Assembly: GCA_963759145.1 (NCBI GenBank)
Contig: CAVWYB010000017.1
Location: 14,899-78,898, forward strand
From: an uncultured Solirubrobacterales bacterium
GTDB lineage: Bacteria; Actinomycetota; Thermoleophilia; Solirubrobacterales; JBBDJG01
Reading direction: 5' to 3'
Length of the DNA: 64,000 bases
Position numbers and translations under genes: made by a program. Positions 13,608 through 24,897 of this stretch are shown here, piece by piece. The notes beneath the pieces were generated by a model that ran no database searches, had not been told where the DNA came from, and was given only the letters and a program-made list of their open reading frames with translations. How positions within the stretch are numbered: position 1 is the stretch's first letter; each line of letters begins with the position of its first letter.

Positions 13608-14147
13608 ATGTCGCATCGTTTCTGGCGCCGAGCCGCTGTCGGCGTGCTCGTGCTTTCGCTTGCCGTCGTGGGCGGCACCGCGGCCGCAGCGCCGAAGAAG
13701 GCGAAGAAGAACGCCACCCTGGAGATGAAGGGCAAGCTCATCGTCAAGCGGAACAAGTTCATCAAGGACGAGGCGCGCTTCAGCCCGGGCAACGTCCAGA
13801 TCCGCTCCGGCGGCACGCTGACCCTCCGGAACCGGCAGGAGCAGCCGCACACGTTCTCGATCGTCAAGGGGTCGGACGTGCCCCGGTCGACGAACAAGAT
13901 CCTCAACTGCGGGGCCCCCGGCACACCGTGCGACACGATCTTCACGGCGCACGCGCCGGACCCGGAGGGCAACCCGACCGTGCCGGTCGTCGATGTCGGC
14001 GCGCCGGGGATCGACCAGCCGGGCGACTCGGTGATCCTCAACCCGAAGCAGACCGTGAAGGTGAACGTCAGCGCCCCCAAGGGCACGACGCTCAACTTCT
14101 TCTGCGCCATCCACGCGTGGATGCAGGGCCGGCTGAGGTCACGCTGA
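13608..14147 (+). CDS. Secreted cupredoxin-like protein
   Basis: Signal peptide with RR; PHTFS ... FCAIHAWM type-1 Cu ligand pattern; AAGGAA RBS. Confidence 0.8.
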   Translation: MSHRFWRRAAVGVLVLSLAVVGGTAAAAPKKAKKNATLEMKGKLIVKRNKFIKDEARFSPGNVQIRSGGTLTLRNRQEQPHTFSIVKGSDVPRSTNKILNCGAPGTPCDTIFTAHAPDPEGNPTVPVVDVGAPGIDQPGDSVILNPKQTVKVNVSAPKGTTLNFFCAIHAWMQGRLRSR

Positions 14148-14151
14148 CGAA

Positions 14152-15096
14152 GTGGGGCGACGCGCCGCGCTAGCACTGGCGGCGGCCGCGGTCCTCTGGG
14201 CCGCGGCCGCCGCCCCGGCGCATGCCAAGGTCCGCCGGTACTGGGTCGCCGCCGTGCCGGTCAGCTGGAACGTCGTGCCGAACGGGCACGACGCGATCAT
14301 GCACCAGACCTACTCGCCCGCCGACACGGTGTTTCCCACCGTCGTCTACCAGCGGTTCACGGCCGGCTGGAAGCGCCGGCTCCCGAACGCTCCTCGGGCC
14401 AGCCAGCCCAACACGGCCATACCCGGGCCGCTGCTGCGGGCGCGCGTGGGCGACCGCATCGTCGTGCACTTCAAGAACATGGACACGGTCCTGAAGCAAC
14501 CGCACTCGATGCACTTCCACGGCGTGCGCTACAAGCCGTCGTCGGACGGTGCCTTCCTGCCCGGGTTCTCGGGCCGGGACGGGGACGTGAAGCCCGGCCA
14601 GACCTGGACGTACCGGCTGCGGGCGGGGCGCAGCGCAGCCGGCGTGTGGCCCTACCACGACCACTCGCCTTCGATGGAGGGCTCGATCGCCGGCGGGCTG
14701 TACGGGGCACTGTCGATCCTCGGCCGCCGCGATCGCGCGCCTGATCGCGAGTTCGTGGTCGCCTTCGAGACCACCCATGGCTTCTCGACGATCGACGGCC
14801 GGGCATTCGTGGGCAACACGCCGGTCATGAAGGCGCGCGTCGGCGAGCTCGTCCAGTGGGACGTGATCGCGCTGGGGTCGGAGCACCACACCTTCCACGT
14901 CCACGGCCACCGCTGGCGCGAGCGCGGGGTGCCGCGGGACACCAAGACCCTCGGCCCGGCGGAGAGCTTCCGGATCAGGTGGCGCGAGGACGCGCCCGGG
15001 ACGTGGCTCTACCACTGCCACGTCGAGCAGCACATGATGCACGGCATGATCGGCATCTACCAGGTCGCACGTAAGGCCGCGAGACGGCCGCGATGA
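14152..15096 (+). CDS. Two-domain multicopper oxidase (small laccase, SLAC-like)
   Basis: HSMHFHG, YHDH, HTFHVHGH, HCHVEQHMMHGM motifs; RR signal peptide ending AHA. Confidence 0.9.
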   Translation: MGRRAALALAAAAVLWAAAAAPAHAKVRRYWVAAVPVSWNVVPNGHDAIMHQTYSPADTVFPTVVYQRFTAGWKRRLPNAPRASQPNTAIPGPLLRARVGDRIVVHFKNMDTVLKQPHSMHFHGVRYKPSSDGAFLPGFSGRDGDVKPGQTWTYRLRAGRSAAGVWPYHDHSPSMEGSIAGGLYGALSILGRRDRAPDREFVVAFETTHGFSTIDGRAFVGNTPVMKARVGELVQWDVIALGSEHHTFHVHGHRWRERGVPRDTKTLGPAESFRIRWREDAPGTWLYHCHVEQHMMHGMIGIYQVARKAARRPR

Positions 15097-15933
15097 ACGC
15101 GCGCACGCTGCTCTCGGCGGTTCTCGCCGCCGCGGTGCTCGCCGTGCCCGCGCGCGCCGACACCACCTCGGTCCAGATCCTCGATACGGGCTACGAGCCA
15201 GGGCGCGCAGGTCGTGCTCACGGGCGACACCGTCGGCTGGCGCAACAGCAGCTTCGTCAACCAGCACACCGTCACCGGCCGCCGGGTTCGACTCGGGCCC
15301 GATCGTCCCCGGCGGGGGCTTCTTCCACGAGTTTCCCGTGCCCGGGGCATACCGCTACGCCTGCACGATCCACCCCTTCCTGAGCGGCGTGGTGGACGTG
15401 TTCGGGCTCCTGATGAGCGGTCCCGAGCGGGCCGTGGCGCGGGGCGCCGCGACGCCGCTGCGAGGGAAGGCGGCCGCGGGCATCGGCTCGATCACGGTGG
15501 AGGAGGACACCGGCGCCGGTTTTCACCCGGTCACGACCACAGAGGCCTCGGATGGGGCCTTCAAGGCGACCGTGCACCCACCCGCGAACGCGACCTACCG
15601 CGCCGTGGCGGGGCCGAACGTCAGCCCGCCGGTCCAGGTCGCAGGTGTCCGACCGCACGGAGATCGCGTTGAAGGGCAGCGGTCGCGGCCGTCGTCGAAT
15701 TGCGCGTTCACGTCGATCCGGCCAATCCCGGTGCGAAGGTGTCGCTCCAGCTCAAGCTGCGCGAGCGCTTCGGGTGGTGGACGGTCGCGCGGGCACGCCT
15801 CGACAAGCGCTCCGACGCACGTTTCCTGAACCGCCGGCGCAGGCGCGTCTGGGCGCGAGTCGTGCTCACGCAGAGCGACGGCTGGACGATCCTCGCGGCG
15901 AGCACGGCGGTGCGGCTACGGCCGCGCCGCTGA
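15093..15933 (+). CDS. Secreted plastocyanin-like cupredoxin with C-terminal extension; frameshifted
   Basis: Signal peptide, GDTVGW..NQHTVT ... YACTIHPFL across frames. Confidence 0.7.
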
Positions 15934-15934
15934 T

Positions 15935-17086
15935 CTAGAGGCCGTAAGTGCGGCCGATGATCTCGCGCTGGATCTCGTTCGTCCCGCCGAAGATCGTCGT
16001 GACCAGCGCGCTGCGCACGTAGCGCTCCATCTCGTACTCGGTCGCGTACCCGTAGCCGCCCATCATCTGCATGCCCTCGAGGGCCATGCGCTTGGCGGTC
16101 TCGGTCGCCTTGAGCTTGGCCATCGACGCCTCTCTGGGCAACATCGCAGTGGGGTCGGCCTCGACCCGGGCCGCCACGTCGTAGACCAGCAGGCGCGTGC
16201 ACTCGATCTCGGTCGCGAGGTCCGAGAGCCGGTGCTTGAGCGCTTGGAACGAGCCGATCGGGCGGTCGAACTGCCGGCGCTCGGTCACGTACTGCAGCGT
16301 GTCCTCGAACGCGCGGCGCGCCAGACCGAGCGCCTGTGCGCCGAGGATCAGCCGCTCCACGTTGAGGCCCGCCATCAGCTGCGTCCAGCCGTGGTCCTCG
16401 CGGCCGATGAGCGCATCGGCGGGCAGCACGCAGTCGGTGAAGAAGACGTCGTTCACCTCGCGGCCGCCCATCGTGTCGATCGGGCGCAGCTCCATCCCGG
16501 CGGCGCCGGCGGGCACGTTCACCATCGTGAGGCCCTCGTGCTTGGTCTCGCCACGGGTGGTGCGGCCGATGACCAGGATGTGCTCGGAGATGTGGGCGTT
16601 CGAGATCCAGGTCTTGTGCCCGTTCAGCACGTAGTTGCCGTTCCGGCGCTCGATCCGGCAGCGCATGCTGCCGACGTCGGAGCCCGACTCGGGCTCGGAC
16701 ATCGCGATCGCCTCGACCGCGCCGCGCACCACCCCGCCGAGGATGTCCTGCTTCTGCTCCTCGGTGCCGAAGCGCTCGTATGCGCCTGCCACGATGAAGG
16801 TGGTGCCGATCCCGGCGACGGGCGCGTTGCCGTAGGCGAGCTCGTCGAGCAGCAGGCACATGTCGACGGCGCCGGCGCCCGAGCCGCCGTACTCCTCCGG
16901 AACGGCGACCCCGAGCCATCCCAGCTCGGCCATGCGCTCGTACAGCTCTTGACTGTGGGCGTGCTCGCCACCTCCGGTGAGCCGGTCCCGCTGCTCGCGG
17001 GTACCGCACTCGCGACGGCAGAAGTCGCGAATCGAGTCGACGAAGGCACGGCGCTCGTCGGTGAGCTGCAGGGTGGGGGTGGTCAT
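15935..17086 (-). CDS. Acyl-CoA dehydrogenase
   Basis: AMSEPESGSD, NGHKTWISN, RRQFDRPIGSFQA, GGYGY, IFGGTNEIQR; AGGAGA RBS before ATG 17086. Confidence 0.95.
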   Translation of the reverse strand: MTTPTLQLTDERRAFVDSIRDFCRRECGTREQRDRLTGGGEHAHSQELYERMAELGWLGVAVPEEYGGSGAGAVDMCLLLDELAYGNAPVAGIGTTFIVAGAYERFGTEEQKQDILGGVVRGAVEAIAMSEPESGSDVGSMRCRIERRNGNYVLNGHKTWISNAHISEHILVIGRTTRGETKHEGLTMVNVPAGAAGMELRPIDTMGGREVNDVFFTDCVLPADALIGREDHGWTQLMAGLNVERLILGAQALGLARRAFEDTLQYVTERRQFDRPIGSFQALKHRLSDLATEIECTRLLVYDVAARVEADPTAMLPREASMAKLKATETAKRMALEGMQMMGGYGYATEYEMERYVRSALVTTIFGGTNEIQREIIGRTYGL

Positions 17087-17146
17087 AAGGTCTCCTGTCC
17101 AGGTTGTGGCTCCGAACTTACCGGACGAATGCGCCAGGAGGTGCTC

Positions 17147-18256
17147 GTGGCCGATCGTGTGCTCACGCATCGCGAGCTGAACCGCACGACGCTCGCCCGC
17201 CAGATGCTGCTCGCCCGCGAGTCGCCGACCGCCGCGCAGGCGGTCGCACGACTGGCCGGCCTGCAGGCCCAGTCGCGTGATTCCTCCCTTCGTGGGGTTG
17301 TGGACGCGGCTCGACGGCTTCGAACGCGCGGAGCTGGCCACGCTGGTCGAGAGCGCGAGGTCGTGCGGGCGACCATGATGCGCCACACGCTCCACCTGGT
17401 GACGGCCGATGACTACGTGCGGCTGCGGCACGCGGTCCAGCCCGCGATCACGCGTGCCTTCGCGGCATCACCCGGAAGCGGCTCGCGGGGCTCGACCTCG
17501 AGCGCATCCTGCGACCGGCCCGCGAGCGGCTCGAAGAGGGCCCGGCCACGTTCGCCGAGCTTCGCGACATCGTGGCGAAGGCCGCGCCGAAGCGCGACCC
17601 GGCCGCGCTTTCATACGCGGTGCGCACGCACCTGCCGCTGGTGCAGGTTCCGGGCGGGGGCGCTTGGGCCTACTCGACCACGGCACCGTACGCGCTCGCG
17701 GAGCGGTGGCTCGACCGGCCGCTCGAAGAGGGCTCCGAGCCGGGCGGTCTCGTGCGCGCGTATCTCGCCGCCTTCGGGCCGGCGAGCGTCAAGGACGTCC
17801 AGGCCTGGTCCGGCCTCACGGGACTGAAGAACGCCGTCGAGGAGATGCGGACCGACCTGCGGGTGTTCCGGGACGAGCAGGGCGCCGAGCTGCTCGACCT
17901 GCCGGACGCGCCGCTGGCGGAGGCGGACAGCGGCCGCGCCGGCCCGCTTCCTGCCCGAGTACGACAACGTCCTGCTCGCGTACGCCGACCGGAGTCGTGT
18001 GATCCCCGAGCGGTATCGCCGCACGGTGTTCCTGACCGCCGGGCGCGTGCGGGCGACGTTTCTGCTCGACGGCTTCGTGGCCGGCACCTGGAGGATCGAG
18101 AAGGACAAGCGCGCGGCGACGCTCTTGATCGAGCCCTTCGAGCGCCTCGCCAGACGAGACCGGGACGGGCTCGTGGCCGAGGCCGAGCGCCTGATCTCCT
18201 TCGTCGAGGAAGGCGGCGGCGACACCTCCGTGCGGATCGCCTCCGCTGCGGCTTAG
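17147..18256 (+). CDS. HTH_42 winged-helix DNA glycosylase, AlkZ/YcaQ family; frameshifted
   Basis: ELNRTTLARQMLL..GLQAQ, MRHTLH, YLAAFGPASVKDVQAWSGL, FLPEYDN, DGFVAGTW. Confidence 0.85.
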
Positions 18257-18266
18257 GATTGCGCGG

Positions 18267-19673
18267 ATGGCGACCCCAGAGGACGTCGCATTTGCCGGGT
18301 TGACGGGGCAGGCCGAGCTGGTCCGCCGCGGGGAGATGTCCTCTCGTGAGCTGACCGAGCTCAGCATCGAGCGGATCGTGCGGCTCGACCGGCAGCTGAA
18401 CGCCTTCCGCGTGGTGCTCGCCGAGCGCGCGCTGGAGGAGGCGGACCGGGCCGACCAGCGCCGAGCGGCGGGCGAGGAGGCGCCGCTGCTCGGGGTGCCG
18501 GTCGCGGCGAAGGACAACGTCGACGTCGCCGGGGAGGTCACGACTCACGGCACGAACGCATACGGCGGAGCGCGATCGAGGACGCGGAGATCGTCAAGCG
18601 GCTGCGGGGCGCGGGCGCCGTGATCGTCGGCAAGACCAACCTTCCGGAGCTCGCGATCTGGCCGTTCACGAGCTCCCAGGCCTGGGGGACGACGCGCAAT
18701 CCCTGGGACGTGAGCCGCTCGCCGGGTGGCTCCAGCGGAGGCGCGGCGGCCGCGGTCGCCTCCGGCATGGTGGCGGCCGCCCATGCCAGCGACGGGGGCG
18801 GCTCGATCCGCATCCCGGCCGCGTGCTGTGGACTCTTCGGTCTCAAGCCGCAACGCGGGCGGGTCTCCCTGATGCCCGACGCCGAGCACTGGTATGGCCT
18901 CTCCGTATTCGGCTGCCTGACGCGCACGGTGGGCGACTCGGCCCTCTTTCTCGACGTCGTGCGCGGCCACGTGGACGGCGACGCCCACATCGCGCCCGAT
19001 CCGCCGACGTCCTTCGCCGAGGCGGCGCGGACCCCGCCCGGCAGGCTGCGGATCGCGTTCTCGACCAAGCCGGTCGCCCCGGGGCCGGTCGCGGACGAGG
19101 TCAAGAAGGCAGTCCACGACACCGCCGAGGTGCTGCGCTCGCTCGGGCACGATGTGCGCGAGCAGAACCCGACCTGGGGACTCCAGCTGCCGGGCTTTCT
19201 CCCGCGCTATCTCGCCGGGATCCGCGACGACACCAACCGGATGGCACATCCCGAGCGCCTCGAGCAACGCACGCGCCGGCTCGCGGGCTTCGGCGAGCGG
19301 CTGCGCAAGCGGCCGCTGCAGCGCGCCTTGCGAGCGGAGCAGAAGCATGCCCGGCGTCTCGGCGCCCTGTTCGACGAGTTCGACGTGCTGATGACGCCGA
19401 CGATGGCGCGCCTCCCGGTGGAGGCCGATCGCTGGCAGGGCGCAGGCGCGGTCATCGACCATCAACGGCGTCGCGCGCTACGTGCCCTTCACGACGCCTT
19501 GGAACCTCACCGGCCAGCCGGCCGCGGCCGTCCCGGCCGGCTTCTCGCCGGAGGGCCTGCCGCTGTCGGTGCAGCTCGTCGGCCGCCCCGCCGACGAGAC
19601 CACGCTGCTCTCGCTCAGCGCTCAGCTCGAAGCGGAGCGGCCGTGGTCCGATCGCCGGCCGCCCGTTTCCTGA
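18267..19673 (+). CDS. Amidase signature family protein; frameshifted
   Basis: GVPVAAKD, GKTNLPE, PGGSSGG, SDGGGSIRIPA, NLTGQPA. Confidence 0.92.
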
Positions 19674-19731
19674 CCGTCCGGAACGAGCGCTTGCCCCGTG
19701 ATACCCCCCTAGGGTATGCAAGAATGGAGGC

Positions 19732-20384
19732 GTGGCTGAGACCGCGCGCTACGTCCCCGCGCTCGGGCGCGATTCGCTCACGGCGCTCTACGACCCGGTA
19801 CTGAAACTCGCGACCCGCGAGCGCACCTTCAAGGAACGGCTCCTCGCAGCAGGCCCACCTCGGCGACGGCGTCGACGTGCTCGACCTCGGCTGCGGCACC
19901 GGGACGCTCGCTGTCTGGGCCAAGCAGCGAGTGCCGGCCGCAAGCATCGTCGGACTCGACGGGGACGAGCGGATGCTGGCGAAGGCCCGCGGCAAGGCGG
20001 CACGGGCCAGAGTCGAGATCCGCTTCGACCAGGGGCTGTCGTTCGATCTGCCCTACCCCGACGGGAGCTTCGACCGGGTCGTCACGAGCCTCTTCTTCCA
20101 CCACCTCACCGACCGCGACAAGGAGCGCACGATCGGCGAGATCCGCCGCGTGCTGAGGCAGGGAGGAGAGCTGCACGTCGCCGACTGGGGCGAGCCCGCC
20201 GATCCGTTCATGGGCGCGCTCTCTCAATCGATCCGCCTGCTCGACGGCTCCGAGACCGACGCGGGCGAACCTCGCGGGCGAGCTCCCGCGGCTCTTCGAG
20301 CGGGGCGGACTGCGGCATGTGCGCACGCGCGGCGGGCTGCGCACGATCACCGGGTCGCTCGCGTTCTACAGCGCCGAGCGCTAG
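19732..20384 (+). CDS. Class I SAM-dependent methyltransferase; frameshifted
   Basis: [25 protein letters not shown] motifs. Confidence 0.85.
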
Positions 20385-20448
20385 CTGCAGGCTCCCGGCC
20401 GATACGATTTCGGCGCTTCCGCCCTTCTCATCAGCAAGGAGCCCACCC

Positions 20449-21051
20449 ATGGCCTACAGCGTCCCCGACCTGCCTTACGCCTACGACGCGCTCGAGCCGC
20501 ACATCGACGAGCAGACCATGCATCTTCACCACGACAAGCACCATCAGGCCTACGTGGACAAGGTCAACGCGGCGCTCGAGGGCACCGAATGGGAGGACAA
20601 GCCGATCGAGGAAGTCCTCAAGAACCTCGACAAGCTCGGCGACAAGGCCACCGCGGTGCGCAACAACGGCGGCGGTCACTACAACCACTCGCTCTTCTGG
20701 GAGTGGATGAGCCCGGACGGCGGCGGCGAGCCGAGCGGCGCGCTCGCGGATGCGATCGGCTCGGCCTTCGGCTCCTTCGACTCGTTCAAGGACGAGGTCA
20801 AGACGGCGGGCGTCAACCAGTTCGGCTCGGGCTGGTCGTGGCTGGTTCACGACGGGTCGGGCCTGGCGGTGGTCTCGTCGGCGAATCAGGACAACCCGAT
20901 CTCCGGCGGCAGCACGCCGCTGCTCGGCGTCGACGTCTGGGAGCACGCCTACTACCTCAAGTACCAGAACCGGCGCCCGGACTACATCGATGCCTGGTGG
21001 AACGTCGTGAACTGGGACAGGGTGGGGGAGCTGTACTCGGCCGCTTCCTAG
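20449..21051 (+). CDS. sodA: Superoxide dismutase, Mn-type signature
   Basis: [28 protein letters not shown]; AAGGAG RBS before ATG 20449. Confidence 0.95.
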   Translation: MAYSVPDLPYAYDALEPHIDEQTMHLHHDKHHQAYVDKVNAALEGTEWEDKPIEEVLKNLDKLGDKATAVRNNGGGHYNHSLFWEWMSPDGGGEPSGALADAIGSAFGSFDSFKDEVKTAGVNQFGSGWSWLVHDGSGLAVVSSANQDNPISGGSTPLLGVDVWEHAYYLKYQNRRPDYIDAWWNVVNWDRVGELYSAAS

Positions 21052-21977
21052 CGCGCGCGGCTCTCGCGGTCGAGCCGGAACAGCAGGCCGGCCGTGGCCC
21101 CGGGCTGCTCGACCATCGGCGAGTGGCCGGCCTCGGGGATGGTCTCGACCGGCACGCGAAACTCCCGGCGGTAGAAGTTCGCGGCCTCGAGCGGCGGCTC
21201 GATCAACCGGTCCTCCCTGCCGAAGATGATCAGCTTCGGGACGCGCACCGACCGCAGGTCGTCCGCCAGATGGCCTTCGTCCACGTAGTCCGCTGACTCG
21301 TCGTACGTCTTCTTGTAGGCGGTGTAGGTGAGCTTGTTGAAGTCGTCCACGAACTGCGTCGGGCACGTCGTAGCCCTCCGCGAACGCCTGCCCCAGCCCC
21401 TCCTTGATCGTCCCGTCCGTGGCGAGCCGCCTCATCGCCTGGCCGATCACCGGCGTGACGCTGAGCTTGGCCAGCAGGTCCGGGTCGACGAATTTCTCGT
21501 CCGGCTCGGTGTCGATCACCGCGAGCGCGCGCGTGAGGCGCGGGTGGCGAGCCGCGAGCGCGATCGCGACCTCGCCCCCGGTCGAGTGACCCGCGACCAG
21601 CGCGCGCTCACGCCGAGGCGCTCGAGCGCGCTCGCGACGCGGTCGGCCTGCTCCTCCATCGAGTAGCCGTCCTTGGGCTTCTCGGAGCCGCCGTGGCCGA
21701 GCAGGTCCACGCTGATCACGCGGTAGTTGCCTTCGAGCAGCGGCGTGAGCCGGTCGAACCAGCGGCTCGAAGCCGACCAGCCGTGGATCAGCACCACCGC
21801 TGGCGCACCGGCGCGGCCCTCCTCGCGGACGTGCAGGTCGCCTCCCGGCAGGTCGATGATCCGGCCGCCGTCGGCCTCGGCCGACTTGGTCTCGGCGTTC
21901 GTGAGGAAGGTGTTGACCGCGAGCAGGACGACGAGCAGGGCAACGACGGCCCCCAGGATCTTCCATCCGCGCCTCAC
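21048..21977 (-). CDS. Membrane-anchored alpha/beta hydrolase; frameshifted
   Basis: N-terminal [26 protein letters not shown]. Confidence 0.85.
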
Positions 21978-21987
21978 GCGCGGGAAC

Positions 21988-22572
21988 CTACCGGCTGCTG
22001 GACACCGCCGCCGGGAAGCGCTCCGCGAACGACTCGAGCTCGACCCGGGCCGCGTTCGCGGTGAACGAGACGAGGTGGTAGAAGCCCGCGACGGCGATCA
22101 GCTCGATCAGCTGCTCCTCGGTCCAGTGGGCTGCCAGGCGCGGCCCAGAGCTGGTCGGAAACGTCCGCGTTGTCGTGCAGCTCGTCGGCGAGGCGCACCA
22201 AGAGCGACTGGCGCTCCGACCACACGGGATCGTCCGCGTCGCCGGAAACGGTCGCGGCCAGCTGCTCCTCCGAGAGGCCGACGCCGCGAGCGAAGACCGC
22301 CGCGTGGACGCCCCATTCGTACTCGCAGCCACAGCGGCGCACAGGTGCGGTGCAGGACGATCTCACGGTCGGCCGGATCGAGCGTGCCGAAGTTGAGGAG
22401 GTAGGCGCCGATGGTCCGGAAGCGCTCGAGCACGTGCTCGTTCCGGGCCACGGTGCGAAAGAGCTTCAGCGGCTCCGTGTCCGGCGGCATCATGCGTCGC
22501 AGCGTCTCGCCGACCGCCTCGGGATAGGGAGGCTCGAGAGGCTGGATGCGAGGGAGCTTGGACGTCGGTCAT
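21988..22572 (-). CDS. Carboxymuconolactone decarboxylase/AhpD-like protein; frameshifted
   Basis: LDPADREIVLHRT, CGCEYEWGVH, LADELHD, QLIELIAVAGFYH. Confidence 0.8.
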
Positions 22573-22654
22573 GGCGGCCTCCTGATCGTGCTTCGGAAAT
22601 AGAAGCGGGTAGCGCTAGTGCTTCTGAATTCGAAGCGCAAACCCACATCTCCCG

Positions 22655-22973
22655 ATGCCCGGCCGCCCGGTGCGCGGCTCGCGGACCGGCAGGCCGATCA
22701 TGGCGCTGCTCGACCTGCTCGGCAGGCGCTGGACCCTGCGGGTGCTCTGGGAGCTGCGCGACGGAGGGGCTCGGCTTCCGAGAGCTGCAGACCCGCTGCG
22801 ACTCGATGTCGGCGAGCGTGCTCAGCCGCCGCCTCCAGGAGCTCCGCGACGCGGCCATCATCGAGACGGACGCGGCGGGCGTGAACCGCCTGACGGCGGA
22901 AGGCACGGCGTTGCTCGATGCCTTCGAGCCGCTCGACCGCTGGGCCAAGCGCTGGTCCGCGCGGTCCGGCTAG
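22655..22973 (+). CDS. HxlR-family winged-HTH regulator; frameshifted
   Basis: LLDLLGRRWTLRVLWEL ... FRELQ ... SASVLSRRLQEL; divergent from the CMD gene. Confidence 0.85.
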
Positions 22974-24844
22974 CGGAAAGGCCCCGTCCGGCGGAAGATC
23001 GCGCCGCACGGTCTCGAACGCCGGCTTGCGGAAGCCGGCGTCGTCGATCAGTCCCTTCTCGTTCACCGGCGGGTGCGGGAGCGGGTTGCCGCCCGCCCAG
23101 CCGGGCTTCACGCGGAAGTCGTGCAGTGACCAGACGATCGCGCCGTTGATGAATGGCTTCCGGGCGAAGACGCGCAGGTGATAGTCCAGGAACTCGGACT
23201 GGAACTCGTAGGTGCCCTTCTCGCTCACCGGCCCGTGACGGTTCGCCTCCGCCCCGAACTCCGTGATCATCAGCGCGGTGCGGGGATAGTCGGAATGCAT
23301 GCGGTCGAGGTAGCCGTCGAGCCCGCGCGGATCGGCGATCGAGCCGGCGGGCCCTGGATACCAGCCGAAGTAGTCGTTGATCCCGATCACGTCGAGGCGG
23401 CGGTAGATGGCCTGCTTCTCGACCGTGGGATAGCCGGAGATCGCGATTCCGGTCAGGCGCGTGGGGTCCAACCGGCGGGCCGTGCGCGTGGCGATGCGGA
23501 TGTAGCGCCGAAGCCCGCGCTTCGGGCGCGAGGCGTTCTCGTTGCCGAGGCTCCACACCATCACCGCGGGATGGTTGTAGTCGCGCGTGATCGTCTCGCG
23601 CAGCATCCGCAGCGCGCGGGCGCGGATCGCCGTGACGTTGAAGAGCGTGCTCTTCATCCGGTACACCGGGATCTCGGACCACACCAGGATGCCGTAGCGA
23701 TCGGCGAGCTCCAGCTCGTAGGGGCTCAGCGGGTAATGGGCGCGCGTGATCGTGGCGCCGAGATCGCGCAGGTTCTCGAACACCTGCCTCATCTGGCTGC
23801 CGGGTGAGGGCTGCGCCGCGGTCGAGCGAGTCTTCGTGGAAGGCGGCGCCGCGCAGGGCGACCTCGCGGCCGTTCAGCTCGATCCGGCCGAGCCGGTTCA
23901 CCTTCAGGCTGCGGATCCCCGTCCGGGCCCCGTAACGCTGCACGATGCGCCCGCGCCGATCGATCAGGAACAGCGACATCTTGTAGAGACGCGGGTGGCC
24001 GGGCTCCCACAAGCGCGGGTTGCGGATCCTCACCCGCGTCCTGAACCGGGCCGAGCCGAACCCGCGAACGCGCCGCGTCCCCAGGCGCAGCGGCCGCCCG
24101 CCGAACCATCCGGCCACCCTGGCGCGCTGCACGCCGCGGGTCACGTTGCGGACCCTCACATCGACCGTCACCGTGGCGGCGCACCTGCGACAGCGCAGCT
24201 GCGGGCGCACGAAGGCATGGGCGAAGTCGAGCTTCCGGACCTTGCGCAGGTAGACCTCGCGCAGGATCCCGTTGTAGTTCCACCAGCCGCCCTCGAACGC
24301 ACCGGTCTCTCGTTGGGAAGCGGCGGGATGTCATCCGGCTGCCTGCGGCTGTCGACCTGCACGACGAGGCGGTTCACCCCCTGTGGATGGACCGTGCGCT
24401 CAACTCGAAGGGGAGATATGCGCCCACGTGCGACCCGAGCAGCCGGCCGTTGAGCCACACCGTCGCGCGGTGGCTGACCGACTCGAAGCGGAAGCGCCAA
24501 CTCGATCCGCCGCGGGCACGAGGGAGCCGGAAGTCCTTGCGGTACCAATGGACCGAGCCGGTATAGCTGGACGGGGAGAAGTCACCCGCGTTGGCGGCGA
24601 GCGGTACCGTCACCGGGCGCCAGCCGGTGAGGCTCGTGCTCGCAGGGAGGCTCTCACGCACGGCGCTGTCGCCGGGGTCGGGCCGCTCGTGCCAGTCGCC
24701 GTCGAGCATGTAGCGACCGGAGGGGCCCTCGCGAGCGGCCGTCTTCGCCTTCGGGGTCGCGACCGCGAGCACTGCCGAGGGCACCACGAGGATGCCGCCG
24801 AGCAGCGCCAGGAGCGCGACGATGACCCGGGCGGAGGAGGACAC
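22970..24844 (-). CDS. Secreted glycoside hydrolase family 2; frameshifted
   Basis: Signal peptide, VWLNG..HVGAYLPF, RAHYP, NHPAVMVWSLGNE (acid/base), ITEFG (nucleophile), NEKG. Confidence 0.88.
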
Positions 24845-24897
24845 GACGCCGGGAACAGTACGCTTCCGGCCGTCACCCGTCGACAGGAGGATTGCCC

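Noticed and set aside
13340-15933. tRNA-Pro as an integration site for a genomic island
   Set aside because: No integrase and no duplicated tRNA 3' end seen; downstream genes have host-like composition.
19732-21051. 439-aa ORF suggesting a methyltransferase-SOD fusion
   Set aside because: The intervening frame is nonsense-like; sodA has its own RBS and ATG at 20449 and the methyltransferase ends at TAG 20384.
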